From: Azolla caroliniana
Taxonomy: Eukaryota > Plantae > Polypodiophyta
Direction of reading: 5' to 3'
Length of the DNA: 64,000 nt
Assembly (NCBI GenBank): GCA_043228905.1
Contig: JBHGNT010000015.1
Location: 19,344,001-19,408,000 of the forward strand
Shown here in pieces: positions 26,501 to 40,900 of this stretch. The translations under genes and the position numbers were made by a program. The first letter of the stretch is position 1. Every line of letters begins with the position of its first letter. The notes beneath the pieces were generated by a model. The model saw only the letters and a program-made list of their open reading frames with translations, did not search any database and was not told where the DNA came from.

Positions 26501-29500
26501 TCTCTCGAGAGCACCAAGGGTTGTATATCCACGAGTAAGTCGGGCACAAGCAGCCTCCTGTAAGGAGAACCTAGGTCCTGTAAATGTTACTCCTAGGTAT
26601 GTGTAGGAGCGTGTGTATTCCACCTTTTCCTCTCCCAAGAAGAATTCTGGTTCTGATCTTGTTACCCATGCTTGAGTGGTGTTAAACACCATCACTTTAG
26701 TTTTGTCCATGTTGATTGACAAACCTTTGTCAGTACAAAATAGTTTTAAGGCATTTAGATGTCTTTGTAGTCCCTCCAGAGAGTTAGAAATCAGCACAAT
26801 GTCATCAGCATATAGTAATATTTGTATAGCTATACCTGCTAGGCGTGCTCCAGAACCCCCGAATCTCTCTATATAATGTGATACCTCATCTATATAGAGA
26901 CCGAAGAGAGTAGGGGATAGTGGGAATCCTTGCTTCACTCCAATTGTGCTAGCCATAGCCTCTGACAAGCCCTTGGGAGACCGCACTTTTCCTGACACGG
27001 ATTCATAGATTGCATAGATTCCCCATTGCATATATGTAGGAACACCAAGGGCTTCTAGCCACTGCATAAGCCAAGCACATGGCACAATGTCAAAGGCTTT
27101 TCAGAAATCCACAAAGAAGCAATATATCCTCTTATTGTGGGCTCTGCCCTCCTCAATAAGGGCCCGGAGGGTGAATATATGATCCAAAGTTGTGAACCCC
27201 TTCCGAAAGCCTGCCTATCCAACTGAACGGCAACCATTCTGTTCTGCCCATATACTCAATTCTGATTCTAGAATCGATCCATATAGTTTAGCCAAGTAAT
27301 TGCCAATCATGATTGTCCTATAGTTGCTTGGCATCATGGGGTCTCCACTTTTGAGAATTGGCACAATGGTATGCTGAATCCATATAGTAGAGAAACCTTC
27401 ACACATGGCTCTATTAAAGATTGGTGCTAGCAATGGAAGCAAGGTGTCGCGGGCATAGATAAAGTGCTCACCCACCAATCCATCATGATCTTGGGCCTTC
27501 CCAAATTGTAGCCGATCAATGGCATTTCTTACATTTTGTGGTGTAAAGAAGGTTGATTCATGTGGGCGTGAGGCATTCGGGTGGGGAAGAGGAGGTTGCC
27601 CCGGGATATCATATAGAACCTTTGCATATTCATGCCACACCTGAGGTGAGGTCAGTTGTGTGGTGGGTTGCCTCTCATTAAACATTTTCCATGCTCTTTT
27701 ACTCTCTTGTCCTAGGAACAAACGATACAAATGATCTTCAAATTTAGCCAAATACAATCTCTTCTTCTTCCTTACGAGGCGTTGGAAGGTTGCTCTTGCT
27801 TGATTGTGTGCATAAATGCCCCAAGTTACATCACGCTGCTAACATCTCCTTGTATCGCGACATTCCTCATCATACCAACTATTTTGTATTACTCTACCAA
27901 GTTTGGGGGGATTGGCTGTTGTGTGAGGCATTTGTGGCTGCTTTATGCAATGATTTGGACAATCCTTGGGTAAGTTCTTCAAGGGGTGCGAAAGGATCTA
28001 AATCTAGCATGCCATTGTATACACCACAGCTATACACATCAATTGTCTCGCGAGTAAATAGATACTTAGCCAGCCCACTCTCCTTAGCATATACATCCTT
28101 TGTGCATCCATCCTTTACCTCGAAGCGTAGATATGCATGATTTGCTGCCAAGCCAATAGGTCTACCCGATATAGTGAACACTTTTATTTCAGGTATAAGA
28201 GATGGAGATCCCATTAGATAGTTCACTGTGCTTGCACCCCCTTTTGGGTTCCAACATGTCAAAGCATCTGATCCAGGCCATTGTGACAAGCCATTATATA
28301 TCACAAATCCATGCGCACCTCGCAAGGGTAGAAAGTGTTTTCCATATTCAGTTATAGCACTCATATCTTGAGCTTGTCGCTTTAGACCAACCTCTTCTGC
28401 CATAACTTCTCCATAAACAGCCTTGTTGGTGTTAAGCATAGTTGTTTGTTCATCCTTGGTTCGTGCATTAAAATCTCCTAATAGTATAATGTCCCCCATA
28501 GTAGCAAATCTTATGATATCATCATATAGAGGTAGATATGGTGATTCACCTAGAGGTGCAAACCTTGAGTAAGCAGGTGGAAAGTAGCAAATTGCAATAT
28601 ATAACTCCCTAAGATCCCCTCTTTTTATTCGTATCCACATGTAGTGTGCATCTACATCCTTATGGACAACATGCACTCTATCATGGAACTCCTTTTTGTA
28701 TAGCACAGCCACTCCTCCCGAACCTCTAGTGCTTCCTCGTGTCCGAGGTTGGGGGCGACACTTAAAAATTAAATATACATGTAGGGGAGAGCGAGAGAGA
28801 AAGAGAGAGAGAGTTATTTTAACGTCTTTTTAGAGAAAAAATTGGCCTACGAGACCAAACAAGAGATTATATCTGAAGTGTTGTCTCGTCCTTGAGAATA
28901 ACAAATCAAAATAAAATAAATGTTAGTAAGTAAACATAAAAGTGAATACGATAAAAAGAGACTAAAGAATCTTGTTATCGGTGCATGTAAGATTCTCAAG
29001 TCAGAAATATTGTAACTTTTGTCTCCCAATGATCTCTAGCATAGGTCGATCCAGAATGGAGAGATCTCCGATGCGAGGGAAGCACCTGCAGTGAGGGGAG
29101 ATAATGGCCAAAACCTTGCTTAGAAAGAAAGGAAAATATATTAACATCTTTTAAGAGGCCAAAATGCCTCTAAGACCAAACAAGAGATTATATCTTAAGT
29201 GTTGTCGCGTCTTTGAGAACAAGAACTCAAGTAAATGAATGTTACTAAGTGAAAAAAGTAAATAAGATAAAAAGAGACTAAAGAATCTTGTTAATAGGTA
29301 CATGTAAGATTCTCAAGTCAGATATATTGTAATTTTTGTCTTTGAAATATCTCTAGCAATGGTCGATCCATAATGGAGAGGTTTTCTGAAGAGGTAGAGA
29401 GAGGGCATTTGAAGATTATAGATACACGGGCCTTTATATCCCAAACATTAGCATGTAATTTCCTCTATATGGGATATAATTACTTTCCCTTTTCTGACAC

Positions 29501-30580
29501 ACCCTTAACAATTACTACATGTGGTTAGGTTTAATTACAGTACACACTGTGCTAAAAGGATCATAACAATGTAAGACTTAGATCCATTGTGTTGGTTAGA
29601 ATTGTACCGATAACCTTGAGGTTATAAAGCTTAAGCTTTAGTGAAACACCAGCACATATAAAAGGCAATTCATTTAGCTTTAGCACGTAATATATCGTTG
29701 TTTCCTCTTTTTGCAGGGCTGATGGCTGCAGCTAAATGCAAATATTTGAGAATACTTAAGATGGGATTTTGTGGCAATGTGCTCGATGAGGGGTTATGCC
29801 ATATTGCTTCAAATTGTTTGAATCTTAGGGAGCTGGACATTTACAGGTATGATTTGATTATAAACAACATAACTACCCAAGATCTTGGATTTTTTCATAT
29901 TATGTAAAAGTAATGATTGTAATTTATTCATTGTTAGGTCTTCAGGAATCGGCAATAGAGGCATTGCTGCAATTTGTATTGGATGCAAAGAATTGAGATC
30001 ATTGAACATTTCATATTGCACCAATGTAACAAATAGTGGTCTAATTGAGATTGCTCAATTGCGGAATCTTAATAGCTTAGAAATAAGAGGCTGCACAAAG
30101 GTGACATCTCTCGGATTGGTAGCCGTTGCAAAAGGATGCAGCCGATTGGTCAAGTTAGATATAAAGCATTGTAGCTCTCTAGAAGACACTGTTCCCTTAG
30201 CATTGGCACATAGTTGCAACAATCTTAAACAAGTAAGATGTCATTCTGACTTATTTATTTTCACATAGATGTAGATATATATAGAGTGGCATGGGGGTGC
30301 GAAATAATTTTTTTGGGGTGTCCTTTTACAGATCAACATGTCATATTGTGTGGCTACAGATGAAGGGGTTATTGCTCTAGCAAGGCTTCAATCTATGCAA
30401 AACATGAGGCTGATTCATGTAAAGAATGTGAGTATCAGAGGGATTTGTGAACTCCTGGTTGTGGGTGAAAGCTTAAATAAAGTCAAGTTATTAGTGGAGT
30501 TTAAAGAAACCCTTCCATGGCATATAATTGAGCATGCAGAGAAGCGCGGTTGTCGTCTTCGATGGATGGACAAAGACTAG
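21104..30580 (+). CDS. FBL3: F-box/LRR-repeat protein (FBL3/RAE1-like), 7 exons: 21104-21871, 23268-23393, 23832-23936, 24026-24416, 29717-29846, 29938-30232, 30332-30580
   Basis: F-box (LDVFNDHILLSIL..SWRLCCKHF) followed by cysteine-containing LRRs. GT-AG junctions keep frame; C-terminus RGCRLRWMDK. Start codon uncertain. Confidence 0.85.
25070..28760 (-). mobile_element. Second LINE family (APE+RT+CCHC), frameshifted, in F-box intron 4
   Basis: LGDFNART (APE); GVKQGFPLSPTLF and LLYADD (RT); LRTSSHQLQIE..CQLC..ESEEHYVCHC. Ends in (GAAA)n. Confidence 0.92.
28785..29380 (-). mobile_element. Two further tandem 3'-end fragments of the same LINE family (~28785-29110, ~29120-29380)
   Basis: AGACCAAACAAGAGATTATATCT.AAGTGTTGTC.CGTC.TTGAGAA repeated, matching 25123-25170. 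Confidence 0.85.
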
Positions 30581-30799
30581 TAACTATTTAGTCTTTTCCT
30601 TTTCATTCATTTTGGTTTAATTCTAATTCTTTTTGGGAATTATCACCCACAGATCAATATATCCTTTTATCCCCCACTCTCACCCCCATTACTCGTGTTT
30701 CCTATAGTGTGATTGACTACTACTACAAGACTTTGTTGTGGTAGAGCTCATTGAATGAGATGTAAAAAATAATTCAATTCAATGATAACTTCTTGAACC

Positions 30800-33700
30800 A
30801 TAAAGTAGTGCCCTTGCAAACCAATATATAATGGTTCTTTTTTTAGGCCCTTCACATTGTGGCACCTTGAATTTGGTCTCGACCAGGTTTCTATGAGATT
30901 TATATCCAAAACCTGAGGATGGCAGATCTTCTAGGTAAGGAACTAGTGGTAAAAAACGCGACAAGCATTACATAATCCTAGACATCAGGTGGCCATCCTC
31001 AAAATGTGCAATAACAAAGTTATAAATTCCCTTGTTGGTGCTAGTCAACTATTGCAACATCCACAACGCCTCAACATAAGTGTTCCCACCAATGCCATGA
31101 TAGAAACCATACACTCACATGCTCTCGCTAACAATTCCCATTTATCCAAAGGTTGCTCGATCGCTATTGAGTTACAAAGATGTTTCGTTGAAATTTTCAA
31201 GGTGGTACTTTTGCCAAGCTACTCTTTTGGGATTGTCTAGTTTGCTGAAGGCAAATGCTGGAATTTTTATTAGCATTAGTGTCGAGCATATTTTGCATGT
31301 GCATTGGCTTGTTACTGCTTTTTGTGAGGCACAAAACCAAGTTGTACAATGCTAGATGCTATACAAAAACTTTAGGTTGGCATTGTACTTGAATATTCAA
31401 AAATTGTCAATTTAATTAGATTTCATTGAATGCCCAATAAAGGCAACTAGTAATTTGGTTAGTATATTTCCAACCTTGGGATATGCCATAAGAGTTTGCA
31501 AAAATCCCTCTCATTGTATTCATCGACATTTTAAATAGAATCATGCAAATATTACCCAATGACGTGATAATGTTATAAGCACAATCTTAGTGACTAATTC
31601 TATAGATAATGTCAATGTTCAAGAGTAGCAAAAGTGAATCACATTGGCAATCCCCAAGTGAGGGACAATATATGCTCATAAAATACCATTGATGTTCAAT
31701 ACCGTTGAATTCTACCTTATGTTATACCTTGGTTGTTGAAAATAATAAATCTAAAAGTAGAGAGCTTCACCTCGTCAATAGAGTATTGATGTCTCCAAAT
31801 GTTATAATGAAGGGGTAGCTAGTCCCCTTTATATAGCTTAACTCCTTAGGCTCCTACAATATGTATCATAGATTCCCCCATATAGGTCTTTATAGGTTTG
31901 TCCTAGGTCCAAGGACAACTAATTTCCCACTTATCCTACCCTAAAACCATTGAAATGTAAAATGTGAATTTGCACACCTTCTATCAATTTTATTTGAATT
32001 TCATGTCTAGGTTACATAAGAAATACAAGCTCAAATTTAATCATGGAGATAGAGACAATGGAGAGATTGAAATGCCAATGAAGAGAGTGAAATGCCTTCT
32101 TGATTGATCATTGTTGTGTTGATAACATTGTGGGTCATATATTTTGACCTTTCTCCTACACACAAGATATGATTGTTTTGCAATTTTCGAGGTTTGTAGT
32201 TGTTTAGGTAGTAATAATATTTCTATCACGGAATCATATTGTAATGTGCTCTTTTGTTTGTGTTACATTTTTAATATTATAAGTATTTTGATATGCCGAA
32301 AGTTGTTCTTGAAAGTATTGATTTCTTGTGTGACATTAATATTATTGTAGTTCTCATTTCCTTAATGTCGTGAGGGTTTCAATAAGTTGTTTTGGAGCTT
32401 ACGAACTTCCATCGGAACATTATCTTTTTATGTTTATGGAGTATCTATGTCCAAAAGTCTCGACACAATTAGTCTTTAGCTCTTTATGGAGTATCCACAA
32501 AAGAAAGCCTCTACACAATCATTCTTAGTTCTTGAGGGCATGTGCATTAAGTTTGAACATAGACTTATCCAAATATTGTAGGGAGTTTATAACCATTTAA
32601 AAATGTCACATTTAAAATGTGAATCTTCATTGTTTAAGATCCTTGAGTACTAATATAGACTAACTCATATGTACTCATTGGGTATTGTATGCCACCATTG
32701 TTTTCTAATAATGTATTTCAAAATATGGGCATACACAAGTAACAAGATGCATGCATTGCATATCAATCTCAATAGTCAAACATTCACATAATAATTCATT
32801 GGTCATGCAGATATTGAGGTCAAAATGATACTCTTTTGTTAATGTGTCGTCAGATACATCGAAATCGCAAAACATTGTACATTCATCCAATTTCCAAACA
32901 AGTTAATAGAATATTATGGTTTTTTTATCTGATATAATGCGACAAATGAGTAGGGACATAAAGACTTAAATAAATTATAAAGTGTAGAATCCATATCACG
33001 CATTCATGTTGATTACGTTAATGGGATCATACTTTATGCATAAATGGATAAAGTATCATCTAACAAAGTTTTAGATACCATCTACATTATGAATAGAATT
33101 GTTTTATCATACCAACCACTAGAGCAAACTTGATGTCGTACGTCACACATTTTCTTCTATACATGCACTTTTCTTGTATCCTTAGATAAAGGGGTTCAAA
33201 TTTTCAATTTTGCAAGTTTCTTGTCTCCTTGCATCAAGTGGTCACAATGTTTCCTTTCCTTCCATGTTTTATTCAAAGCATTTCCAAGTAGACTCTTTGC
33301 CCTTCTCCTCGTGTTGGTGAGGTTTTGGATGTTTCATGTCTCCATTCACCAACGTTTTTAAATTTTGTTACCATACACAAGGATGATGGGGGATCATTCC
33401 CACTCCACGATATGGTTCTTATTCTAGGTATTAATTAATATGATTTCAATTCAACAATCACAATTAGGGTTCAATTCTCAATTGAGATTGGTGGCAACAC
33501 AACAAGTGCATGCCATGATGCTAACATATTATCAAATATGTACCCCTCATGTGTGTATGCCATATCAATAGTTTAGTCTAGAACTTAAGTGTCCATGTTT
33601 CGATGATCATGTCATCCAATCATTATATATAACTTTTCTTTATACATATCAATGCATTCTAGAACTAGCCAATCTCCATTAGGAATTACTCATAGAAGTT

Positions 33701-36400
33701 ACTTAATTTGCATCTACCTTTGTCCCTTGGTTCAAATTCTAATCTATTGACCTGTAAATCCGTCAACTCCCTAATGTATTGTCTTTGCCACACAATTTGC
33801 TCTACAACTAAGCATCACTATCATAGTCTTGACAAAAATGGTGAGGTTAGGCCTACTTGGCCAGTGTGGTCATTTATGTTAAAAAGTTAATTTATATACC
33901 TTATTAGATAATACACTGCATAAATTTGAAGATTGGTTTATTAGTACTTAAAGAACACACATATCTTGTGCAACATCATAAAAAATGATCAAGTTACACA
34001 AGCGTTGTCAAGGTATTATTTTAGATTTGCTTCACATTGGTGGACAACATACAACGCCAAATTCGTGAAAAGCCAAATACGATCAAAAAAGCAAGATGAA
34101 CAACCATAAGGTTATAAAAGTGGATTTCAAGTGAGAGGGGTATTGCATGATTTGTGCTTTGATTTATGTTTGTGCATTTGTTCATTGTGTATGTTAGTTA
34201 TGCTACCTCTAAACCAATTAAAAGTTTGATAAGTTTATGAAGGTCCAACATGTATCGTTCTCATAAAAGGATTGTAATTCTCCTCTATACCAAAGACCTT
34301 CAAAAGAGACCATGAACAAGCTCTTCTTTGATGATGTTAGTGGATTATAACTAATGTGATTGGAGTTAATTAACAAGGCAAGCAATAAGAAAGCTCCACT
34401 ATGCAAGGTTTCTAACCACCTATATATATATATATACCTCATTACAATAATACATATTTGTAAGATGACCTTGGAACTAAGGTTGTAAAGTCAAATGTCT
34501 TGCTCCAGCCTCTCGTCATGGTTCTGGTGTTTCTATTGCATCATGTTTTGAAGTACATCCACGATGTTAATGAATTGGTGTTCATGCCTTTGCGCTCATA
34601 ATGTAAAGGACACTCCAAGCAAAACACATTGGTGTGGCCCTTGTGGTAGTAACTTATTGATCGTAAGGATGCAAGGTTGATGTCTTGAAGGGATTGTAAT
34701 TTATTTGTGTCTATTGGAGGTAGTCAGAGGTGGGTAGGGTGCCCGTGAAGGGGAGCTTGGTGATGCTAGTACTAATTGGGGCATTTGGACAAAGGTGTCA
34801 ACTTATTGAGTTATTCCTAGGGGTGCTTGGTGCCAAGGCAAATTGTTGGGGTAACAATGATGAGACTCATGGTCATACCACCTCGATGATTCACAATCAT
34901 TCTTGTGTTCATGAAGATTATTTCATGCTCGACAACAATCATCATGGCAATTGTCATCAGGATAATCCAATTGATCAACTTGTTTGTAATCCCAAGGGGC
35001 ACTTTATATACTACTATTTCGATTATTGTAGTAACATCGATGGTCTGTATGGTCAAAGTCTCGATTCTAATGTGGGATAAGTTGGTGATCAGGTTGGTCT
35101 TAGTGATGGGGTGTCAATGTTGTGTATCCATCATGGATTGGTTCTATAAAGTATGTTTTCTTTTTCTTTTTTGCGATTAAGTTATATTCACACCTTTAAA
35201 TGGTGTGTGTGCATGAAAGTGGCAAAGATTGTGCAATTCAATTGAATGTATGGTTGCAATTGAGGCTGATTGTACATTGGACTACACTGTGGAAGGAAAA
35301 TGATTTGTCCATTGGCAATGACTAGTTGACCAATGCTTCAAATGTCTTAGTTGAAAATTTGACCACCCCAAACGTTGTGTGCAATTGGGAGGAACATGCT
35401 CATAAGGTCTTCATCGTAGGGTGGTGTGGTAGTTTCCTAACAAATACTAGAACTAGATGACAAATTATGGCAAGTCCTTAATCACAATTGCCATGTAAAA
35501 GAATATAAGGGTTTTCTTGGGTGAGTTTTGATGCTAGAATATCTGTAATAAGTTCATTTATATTGAATATTAGGAAATAGAAGTGTGAGATATAGCTATA
35601 CCAACTTATGGCATGATTTTTCACTCATATGCTAAACTTTAGTATTTTGGACACGTGTGTCCATCAGACCAAGATGTTGGGAGACATCATTCACCTATGA
35701 AGTTGTAAGAAAAGAGTTCAGATGTACCTTGGTGTCATCTTTGTCGTGGTACATTACGAATTCGGAATAGGTACACCATTATCTTTTTGTCGATAAAATA
35801 ATGAATGGATTTCAAGAAGGAAAAGTATTTTATGGAGGCTATTGGCTCAACCAAATGTAGTTACTAATCGTTCCTCGCCAAGCATAGTAACTAAGTGTCA
35901 TGTAGTGCCTTTTTGGTGAGTAAAGGGTTTGTCTTCCAGATATTGGTCAGTTGCGGAGACTCTTTATTAGAATTATCATAGCAAATTATGTGATAACAAT
36001 GCAAGATTGCTAAGTGACAACACTAGGCTCAACACAAATATTCAATTGAACCTTCCACCTCTTGTTCATCTTATCTACAAAATAAAATTCTTTTTCCTTG
36101 GAGTATTTTCTCAATTTAGTATTGTTTCTAGTTTCATCCCTTGACAAGAACAACAAATTATTGATAAAACTTGCATGAGGTCAACAAGGATAATACTGAA
36201 GGAACACATCCATTCCACCATCATGAAGGTATGGGGAGAACAGTTTGCACAAGTAGTGGACCTCTACATAGATATGATCTATAGTTCACCATTAAGACTT
36301 GTCGAATTGACTATCAAATCACCAAAGTTGTTATAATCAGCAATGCTTCCCACAAGGTGCACACTAGATGAGGGTGTGTTTTGAGTATCGATCGATGGGA
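30800..36400 (-). mobile_element. Very old, decayed LTR-retrotransposon-like remnant
   Basis: AT-rich with no ORF. Faint RNase H-like (AFAFSKL ~31250), knuckle-like (~34620-34670) and PBS-like (GCTATACCAA ~35596) traces. Boundaries are guesses. Confidence 0.3.
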
Positions 36401-37986
36401 GGTGGGCTAGCTTCCTTACTTGAGCATGACTTAGCATGTAGCTCTATGACAAGGTTAGTGTGAGTCTTCTCCAAGGCACAGGGGAGGTGGCCATTGTGGT
36501 AGTGATGGCACTAGATGTGGTGGTGGTGGTGGTAAATATATAATTGACACATCTATGCATATAATGATCATATCTTAATAACATGTTGTCAAAATAAAGT
36601 CCATGCATGAGTGCGCTTGAGAACACTTATTTAAGATGATAAATGCACACAAGATATGCAATAAACCAATCTCCTAATCACATCTTAACGACGACATTAG
36701 TTTCGTCTTCCAATACATATACTTAAACATTTGAGGTGACAAACTCTACAATTTGAATGAGGGTTCGGGATCTTCGTTATAGGATTTTGTTAGGGCCCCT
36801 CGTAGTAGAAGATGCATTCACACTAGGCATGCATGTCACAACACGAATGAATCAAATCTGAATATGTAGGTCCCAATATCTTAGTACAAGCTTTTCACAT
36901 TGCATGTACCCATCCGAATGTCTAGGCTTGTATGTATGCACCATGAATGTATAAAGGCTAAACATGCAGGTATCTTAGTACAAGCTTTTGACATTGCATG
37001 TGCCCATCCAAATTGTATCAGTCAATCAATAGTGGATAATGTGCGGTTACTATTCCTCCCTGTGTATGGGTCTTCGAAAGAAAAGACACCCATGTTTTAT
37101 TTATTATTATCATAGTAACAACACCAAGAGAGATGAAGTGCCCTAAAAAGAGCAGGACCCCTCCTCACGATCCGATCGATTCAACCGATTGGTGGATAGA
37201 CGAACTAACGAACTAACTACCTTCTATTCCTTTCGAGACGCGGGAGGGTCGGTATTTAAGGATGGGAGACATGTGAGATTAGTCGTGATTCCGAGACCCG
37301 CCATGGGGTTATGTTTATATTTTCTTGCCGATTCGCTCCATGAAGGCAAAATTGATGAAATGAACATATTATACAGAGACAGACAAATAAACAGATAGAC
37401 AGAGAGATGTTATGGTATGGTATGGTATGGTATGGTATGTTATGTGTATGGGATGGTGGTGGGTTCAATTCTGGTGTCCCTCCCATTTCCTTCTTCTTCT
37501 CTATTTTAGTGCTAAAAGAGGGAAAAACAGTTGTTTCAAAAAAAGTTTCTCTCTCTCTCTCTCTCTCTCTTCACCACTCAGGTTTTATATGCATTCATTC
37601 ATTCCATCTCTCTCTCTCTCTCTCTCTACTTTTGATCGTTTTTTTTCTTGCTTTTCCACAATCGCCCACATCCTTCTTCTTTTTTATTTTTGGGTTCTCT
37701 TCATTCTCTCCCTTCCCTACTGCTTGCAGATACCCCCCACGTCCCTTTTGCAGACCCAAAAAAAACCCCTAAATTCAAAGTCATACATCCTCATTTTCTT
37801 CTTCTTCTTCTTCTCATGATCTTGCATATGTTCTGAGCTCACTATTAACACTTCATTTCTTCTTCTTCTTCTTCTTCTCATTTTCTTATGAAATCTTGTA
37901 TATAAGCTCTGAGAATCCGTCATTGTGTTATTGATCTTCGAAAACGGACAATAGTTTGGTGTTTCTTCTTCTTCAACTTTTTCATC

Positions 37987-40900
37987 ATGAGTGTTTCAGT
38001 GAATGAAGAGATGGCGGAAGGAAAGCCATCCGTGAAGTTTATAAAAGATTCCAATGGGCTTGATGTTGTGATGATGAAAGATTGTCGTGGTTTCTCTGCA
38101 CAGGTAACCCTAAACTAAGTATTTTTATCATTGCGGAGTTTCCCATGGATGCATAATGCTTAAATTATACCAAAGAATTATTAGCATGCATATATTATTT
38201 AATCGAAGATAAAGAAATAGAATGCCACTCAATTTTCACGAAATTCCCTACATAGTTATAGTGTTTTCAATACATTTGTGGAGTTCTGGTGAAGTTCTGA
38301 TAGGTAGCTAATAACAAAATCAAGATGAAGATGTTTTCTGGAACCATTCGTGGTCATGTAAACATATGGATAGATAAGACATCTTGGAGTTTTCATAGAT
38401 ACTTAAACCTTTATACGATCTTCATGGATAATTAAACACTTCTAAATGTTGGGAACAAAATCCTTGATAGACAAGAGTTTTTCTATGGAATTTTCATAAG
38501 ATTAGCCTTAGTAGGTAATACATTTTGTGGGGTTTTCTTGATTAGCTGATAAAAACTCAACCGAAGAGGTAGAAAAATGGCTTGCCAACAAGGTTTTCTT
38601 ACTTATGAGAGTTTACAGGTTTTTAGAGGTGTCTAAAATCTTATTTCGTAGGAAGTTCTTACATAATACCACATCATCTGCTCCTTTTTGCCAGAACACA
38701 CTGTGAATCCGGCCTTAGAATGACATTTTATATAGAAGACTACGTTTCCAATAAGGCAAGTGATTTTTAACTCGTTATTTGACGTATTTGGAAAATGTAT
38801 AGCTGTCAAATCCTTTGAATGTCCTACACTGCTGGTAATTGTTTGCCTTTTTTGATGTCCTTCTTGCTAAGATCATTATATGTCTTTTGTACAAGTTGGT
38901 ATGGTGACAAAAGTTGGTCATAGCAGTGAACACCCAAAAGTCCCATCACGTGATAAGAACATGAGCTTAACCTTATGCGTATGCTAATGGTTTGCACGGA
39001 TAATCTCATTTTCTATTCAGTTATTTTTGTTCACATACTTTCCTATGCTCATTTTGGAAGTGCTTGAAATTTTCATTCCAAACTTTTGAAGTTCATGCAT
39101 TGATGCAGAACCTTACACATATATATTGGCATGTATGTATGTATGTATGTATATCCTATTTATGCATTTATATGGATTTAACGTGTATGTATGTCTCATT
39201 GAATTGGCATGGATGCATGTTTCTATGTATGTATGTACCATCGTTCATTTTATATATGTATCATTTTATTTTTTTCAAATAAAAGATACTACATTAGTAT
39301 TAAGTAACGCCCCAATGCTGTACATGATAAACGTATATATAAGTAATTAGCCCTGTTTTTCGACCAAAGTTAAGTTCTAACCATCGGCTTAAATAAATAC
39401 TTTGGTGTAGAGTAAAACCATTCCACCTTGTCAAAAAACCACCTATAAAATATATCTTTGTCCCATATGTCACGAAACTCCAAACGTTGTAAATGTGCCT
39501 GTTGAGTATGCATCATCTTTGTCCAAATCCTGGTAATTGTCTAAGCAGATCTTTTTGTCACATTTTGGAATGCCTTCAAGCACCTGGCCTTCCAAATATA
39601 TAAAATCATAATACAAGTGACCAATTGCGATTTCAGTTTTTACCATCCACTATTTGTGGATTTAGGGGTTTAGTTTTTTTTTCCGCATCAGATCATATCT
39701 CAGAGAAAGAGCATCTGCAACATCCTCCAGCTAATACAACACTGGTTTCCCTTGTACTTTCCATACTTCCATTGCAAAATCACAACTCCACAAACAGTGC
39801 TTAGCAGACTACATTGGATGCATACAAAAATGACACATAATGTCTGAATTCACCCCTTTTCTGCACTCGTTAACTGATATAGATCTATGAATCAACAAGC
39901 ATCTAAAACAAACAATTCTCCAACGCATTTTTATGCCCCACAACCATCACCAAAATTGCTTGTGTTGTTGTGAGGAGATTCCATTGTCTCCAGAAAACAT
40001 TTGCAGCTGGTTCCTTCCGAAACCTACCACGTAATATATATGTATCATTTTGAATCAAGTTACACGAGACAACAAGTTTAGCAAAATTTATTTTTGCATT
40101 CAGCTTTATAAGCAGAACTTGTACAATCATAATATTATAGAAAGAAACTAACAAAAACTGAGATAGTGCAGTGGAATTGTTTTGGTTTCCAAGGAAGCAA
40201 AGTCTATCTTAGAAAAAGTATAGTAGCAGGTTGTATATGTGGACAATTCTGAGTGTGATATATATGGGGTAATCCATATCGAGAAGTTGCATTGCTATTT
40301 ATCTGTGTAAGTAACATGTTATTCCTGGTTCTAGGCTTTGGAAAAGGGAGGTTTATGAAGCAATTTCACTGAATTAAATATTAACTATTAACTCAGTAAT
40401 GTGCCATTGTAATAGCCTAGGCTTTTCCTAAATGAGGGATAACTTTTTCTGAAAATTCTTGATGTCTGTTAAGAAAAAACATGTCTGTCATATTGGTCAG
40501 GTTCACTTGTATGGTGGTCAGGTTACCTCATGGAAGAACGATCTTGATGAACAGCTACTTTTTCTCAGCAGCAAGGTGGGTTCTCTTTATCTATTGAAAG
40601 CTAGATAAGCTGTAATGTCTGATTCATTAGACATGTGATCAAATGTTTTAGACTTGTAGTTATGTAACCTTTTGTCAATGAATCAGCAATATAGGCAGGT
40701 TTTAACCGATACTGAAATCTGATTGCCAATGCATATAATATAGGCTATTTTCAAGCCTCCAAAAGCTATCCGAGGGGGGATACCAGTTTGCTTCCCACAG
40801 GTGTGCATGAAGTAATTTATGCCACATTTTTCCATCCAATATGAGACTCTTTTCATGCAGTAATCAATGTGATGGCTCTGTTATATACTGTCTTGTCATG

